From Monocercomonoides exilis PA203 (taxonomy: Eukaryota; Protista; Preaxostyla), in contig LSRY02000004.1 in assembly GCA_001643675.2 (NCBI GenBank), forward strand, positions 2,170,001-2,234,000: a stretch of 64,000 bases of DNA, given 5' to 3'. The notes beneath the pieces were generated by a model, which saw nothing but the letters and a program-made list of their open reading frames with translations, did no database searches and was not told the origin of the DNA. Below are positions 61,198 to 64,000 of this stretch, in pieces. The position numbers were made by a program, and so were the translations under genes. Positions within the stretch are counted from its first letter, which is position 1. Each line of letters opens with the position of its first letter.

Positions 61198-63210
61198 GGG
61201 TCATATTTTTATCAGATCCTATTTTTTTTATTCGATCCTATTTTTTTAAAATCAATTATTCAGCCACCCACATTTCGATTTATTAATAGTATTTTTGGTA
61301 TATAAGAAAAATATCAGCAACTGAATAAATACATTTAAATGCATAACCTGTTTCTTGTGGGGGGGAAATGGGGGGGTTAAAAGCCTCCCGTTGAAATTCT
61401 ATCAGTTACAGGTTGGTTCCAATGAATTAAATACAAAAAAATATGCATTTAATGTTCAAAAAATTAAATTTCAATGAAAATTGAAATTTATAATAATAAA
61501 TTAAATAAATTGGCTTAATGATCATAACCCAAAAAATAAAAAATGAAAAAGGAAGTTGCAAGAAAATCTACTGCGGGTCAGCTGAAGCTGCGAGAGGCGA
61601 TGCTATCATTCAAATACAGACAATTTCGGAATCCGCTGGAGCGAATGGCGCACATAGTTAACGATGGAGCTGTGCGTATGGTGGACGCATACAACAGCAA
61701 AAAATTCAGCAAAATCCGAATCAAGCGTGCGGTGAAGGCTGTTCGGCAAGGAAGGCTAGTTTCAAAAATTGGAAGACCTGCTGTGGTCATTGGAGAAAAA
61801 GAGCAAACAGTGCTGGATGAAATAAAAATAGAATCACTGTCTGGAGCAAGCTTAACAATCAAGAAAATGCGTGAACTGGTTTGTATAAATATTCTTTGAA
61901 ATGTATTAATTAATATTAATTAGATTGAAAATGTTGTTAATGATTTGAAACCAGAAAACACGCCAGATGTTAAAGTTTCTGCGTCAGTTGCCTACGATTT
62001 CATCAAACGACATCCAGAGCTGAAGACATCAAAGCCAAAAATTGTTGATGCGAACAGGCTTGCCGCATCATGCCAACAAGTTCTAAAGCCCTGGTATGAT
62101 ATGCTCAACGGATTACATCAGAACAACAGTTACAACAACGCACTGATTTTCAACGTGGATGAGTCTTCACTCAGGGTTCCCGACAGCTCCAATCGGAATG
62201 TCGTTCATCCGGCAAATACAAAACCCGGTTACGCTAAATCTGCTGCGCGAATGGCGAATTCTACACTGATTGCGGCGGTCGCAGCAGATGGACAATCACT
62301 TCCTTCAGTGATCCTGTGGCCGAGTCTCAAACTTCCTGATGACTTGAAGCCTCTTCAGTCTACAAATCTTGAGATTTGGCCGAACAAATGCGGATGGATG
62401 GAATCTTCAACATTTAGGAAGTATGCACTTACAATTCTTCTCCCTTCAATCAAAGAAAGAAGGCAACGCATGTCACTCGACGAATCGCACTGCTTGCTTC
62501 TAATCGACTCCCACATTTCTCGAGCAGATCCAACAATCTGGCGAGAGTTCAAAAAAGAGAATGTAGATGTTGTGACATTCGTCCCTCACAGCACACACAT
62601 CTGCCAGCCACTGGACAGAGGTGTATTTGCCGTTCTGAAGTCAGAAATGAGTTCACAGTACGAAGCACCTTCGTCGTCGTCTTCAGCAGCGAAAAGAATA
62701 GCTCTTGTGGAAGCTCTACAACAATCAATTCATTCGGCGCTATCACCTTCGGTCATCAAAAGAGCATTCAAATGCAGCGGCGTGCTGAAAGACTCGTCTG
62801 GGCCAGTTCTGATGAAGCTTCCTCAATCATCGACTTATCCTCTTCCTTCTCATAAAAATCGATTTGACTTCTACGGTAAAGAAATAACAGAAGAAAAGGT
62901 GCTAAATGAGTGGGATGATTATTTGAAAAAGAAAAGCGAAATGGAAAATGAAAAAGAAAACATTTCTGATGAAGAAAATGATGAAACAATGAATTTCACG
63001 AAAAAGCTGAAAAGAAAATTCAAAATACTTCAAGATGAGAACGATATAGAGAAAGAATCATCTGATGAAATTGAAAGAGGAAAGGGAAAAAGAAAAGTCA
63101 TACGCAAATTAGATTCGAGTTTTGTATTTTTTTGAATTTTTTTTTGAATTTTTCATTTCGAAAAATTTGGGTACTAATAAAAAAAATGGGTACTAATAAA
63201 AATATGACCC
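61198..63210 (+). mobile_element. pogo/Fot-like (Tc1/mariner-related) DNA transposon with TA target-site duplication
   Basis: 15-bp perfect TIRs GGGTCATATTTTTAT...ATAAAAATATGACCC flanked by TA (61196-97 and 63211-12); imperfect subterminal repeats; transposase inside. Confidence 0.93.
61543..63135 (+). CDS. DDE_1 / CENP-B-like transposase, DD35D, 515 aa after removal of a 45-nt intron (61879-61923)
   Basis: NVDES, LLIDSH and HICQPLDRGVF, with 35 residues between D2 and D3; a GT...TAG intron joins ORFs 61543 and 61945 in frame. Confidence 0.92.
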
Positions 63211-63573
63211 TATAAAAAAAAACAAATGAATAAATGAATAAAAGTCAAACCATATTGCAAAAAATATAAATAAACAAAAGTTTTTAACTAATAAAAAAAA
63301 AAAAGAATTTCAATAACAAATCCAAAATCAACAAAATATAAATAAGAAAATTGATAATCCTTCAAAATGATATTAACAGCTGCTTCAATAACTAGTCAAC
63401 AAAATCACAGCAATAAATAACAACAATCTCATCAACAAAATTGCAACTGCAATTCTAATCACAAAATAGAAACACTTAAAAAATAAATAAAAAGATAATT
63501 ATAATAATAATAAAATTTCTAAATAGAGAAGTACATATATTGTTGGCCTGCTATTCATTTGTCCATGCGCTGC

Positions 63574-64000
63574 TCAGACAAGCCACGAAAACGAACCCTT
63601 CCGAAGAATCTTTTCCCAAAGCACATGAATTTCGTGATTAGCGAGCGGTTCATGAAAATTCCCTTGATTCCTGTTCATTTTTGCGTTTTCTTTCTTCTTC
63701 TTTGCTTCCTCCTCTGCTCTTTTCTTTTCTGCTTCCTCTGCCTCTACTTCTTTTTGATCTTCCTTATCATAATACTTGTTGATCTCATCAATCTCCGCAC
63801 TCAGTTCTTCAACACTCAGCCCCCTTTGAATCACATTTATCAGCCTCTGTTCTTTCTCTTTTTCTCGCTTCTCCTTCGCTTTCGCCTTCTCTTTCGCCTT
63901 CTCTTTTCTTTCTTGTTCTTCCTGGTTTTTTCTAATTTTTTCCGCCTTTCTCCTTTTCCACTCCTCTGCCCGTATTTCCTGCATTTCTCTGCCCCTCTTA
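63574..64000 (-). CDS. Lys/Glu-rich coiled-coil ORF, partial (5' end probably outside the window)
   Basis: Open charged-rich frame ending at 63574; no family recognised. Confidence 0.4.
   Translation of the reverse strand, partial: KRGREMQEIRAEEWKRRKAEKIRKNQEEQERKEKAKEKAKAKEKREKEKEQRLINVIQRGLSVEELSAEIDEINKYYDKEDQKEVEAEEAEKKRAEEEAKKKKENAKMNRNQGNFHEPLANHEIHVLWEKILRKGSFSWLV

Noticed and set aside
61358-61378. Two G-tracts in the pogo 5' region (possible G-quadruplex)
   Set aside because: Only two runs; insufficient support for a functional call

Overview
Eukaryotic genomic DNA: AT-rich intergenic DNA, short GT-AG introns, long Ser/Glu-rich low-complexity exons and the standard genetic code. 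Gene content and style suggest an oxymonad such as Monocercomonoides, which is an inference. From left to right the window holds: (1) a giant USP9X/USP24/USP34-type deubiquitinase on the minus strand that runs off the left edge and is absent from the ORF track; (2) a 4123-aa single-exon surface protein with beta-helix repeats, a TM helix and a cytoplasmic pseudokinase; (3) a hypothetical gene; (4) EVG1/UPF0193; (5) an importin-5-like karyopherin; (6) a TRAPP Trs65/C13/C14-like protein; (7) telomerase reverse transcriptase that apparently lacks a TEN domain; (8) an SLC35B-like transporter; (9) a divergent Rab head-to-head with EI24; (10) a TM2-domain gene. The right end is a mobile-element cluster: a foldback hairpin, a structurally complete DIRS1 tyrosine-recombinase retrotransposon, and an intact intron-containing pogo (DD35D) DNA transposon. 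The DIRS element has ITRs, an ICR and an adenine-methyltransferase domain, and its reading frames are broken only by point stops, mostly CGA>TGA-like.
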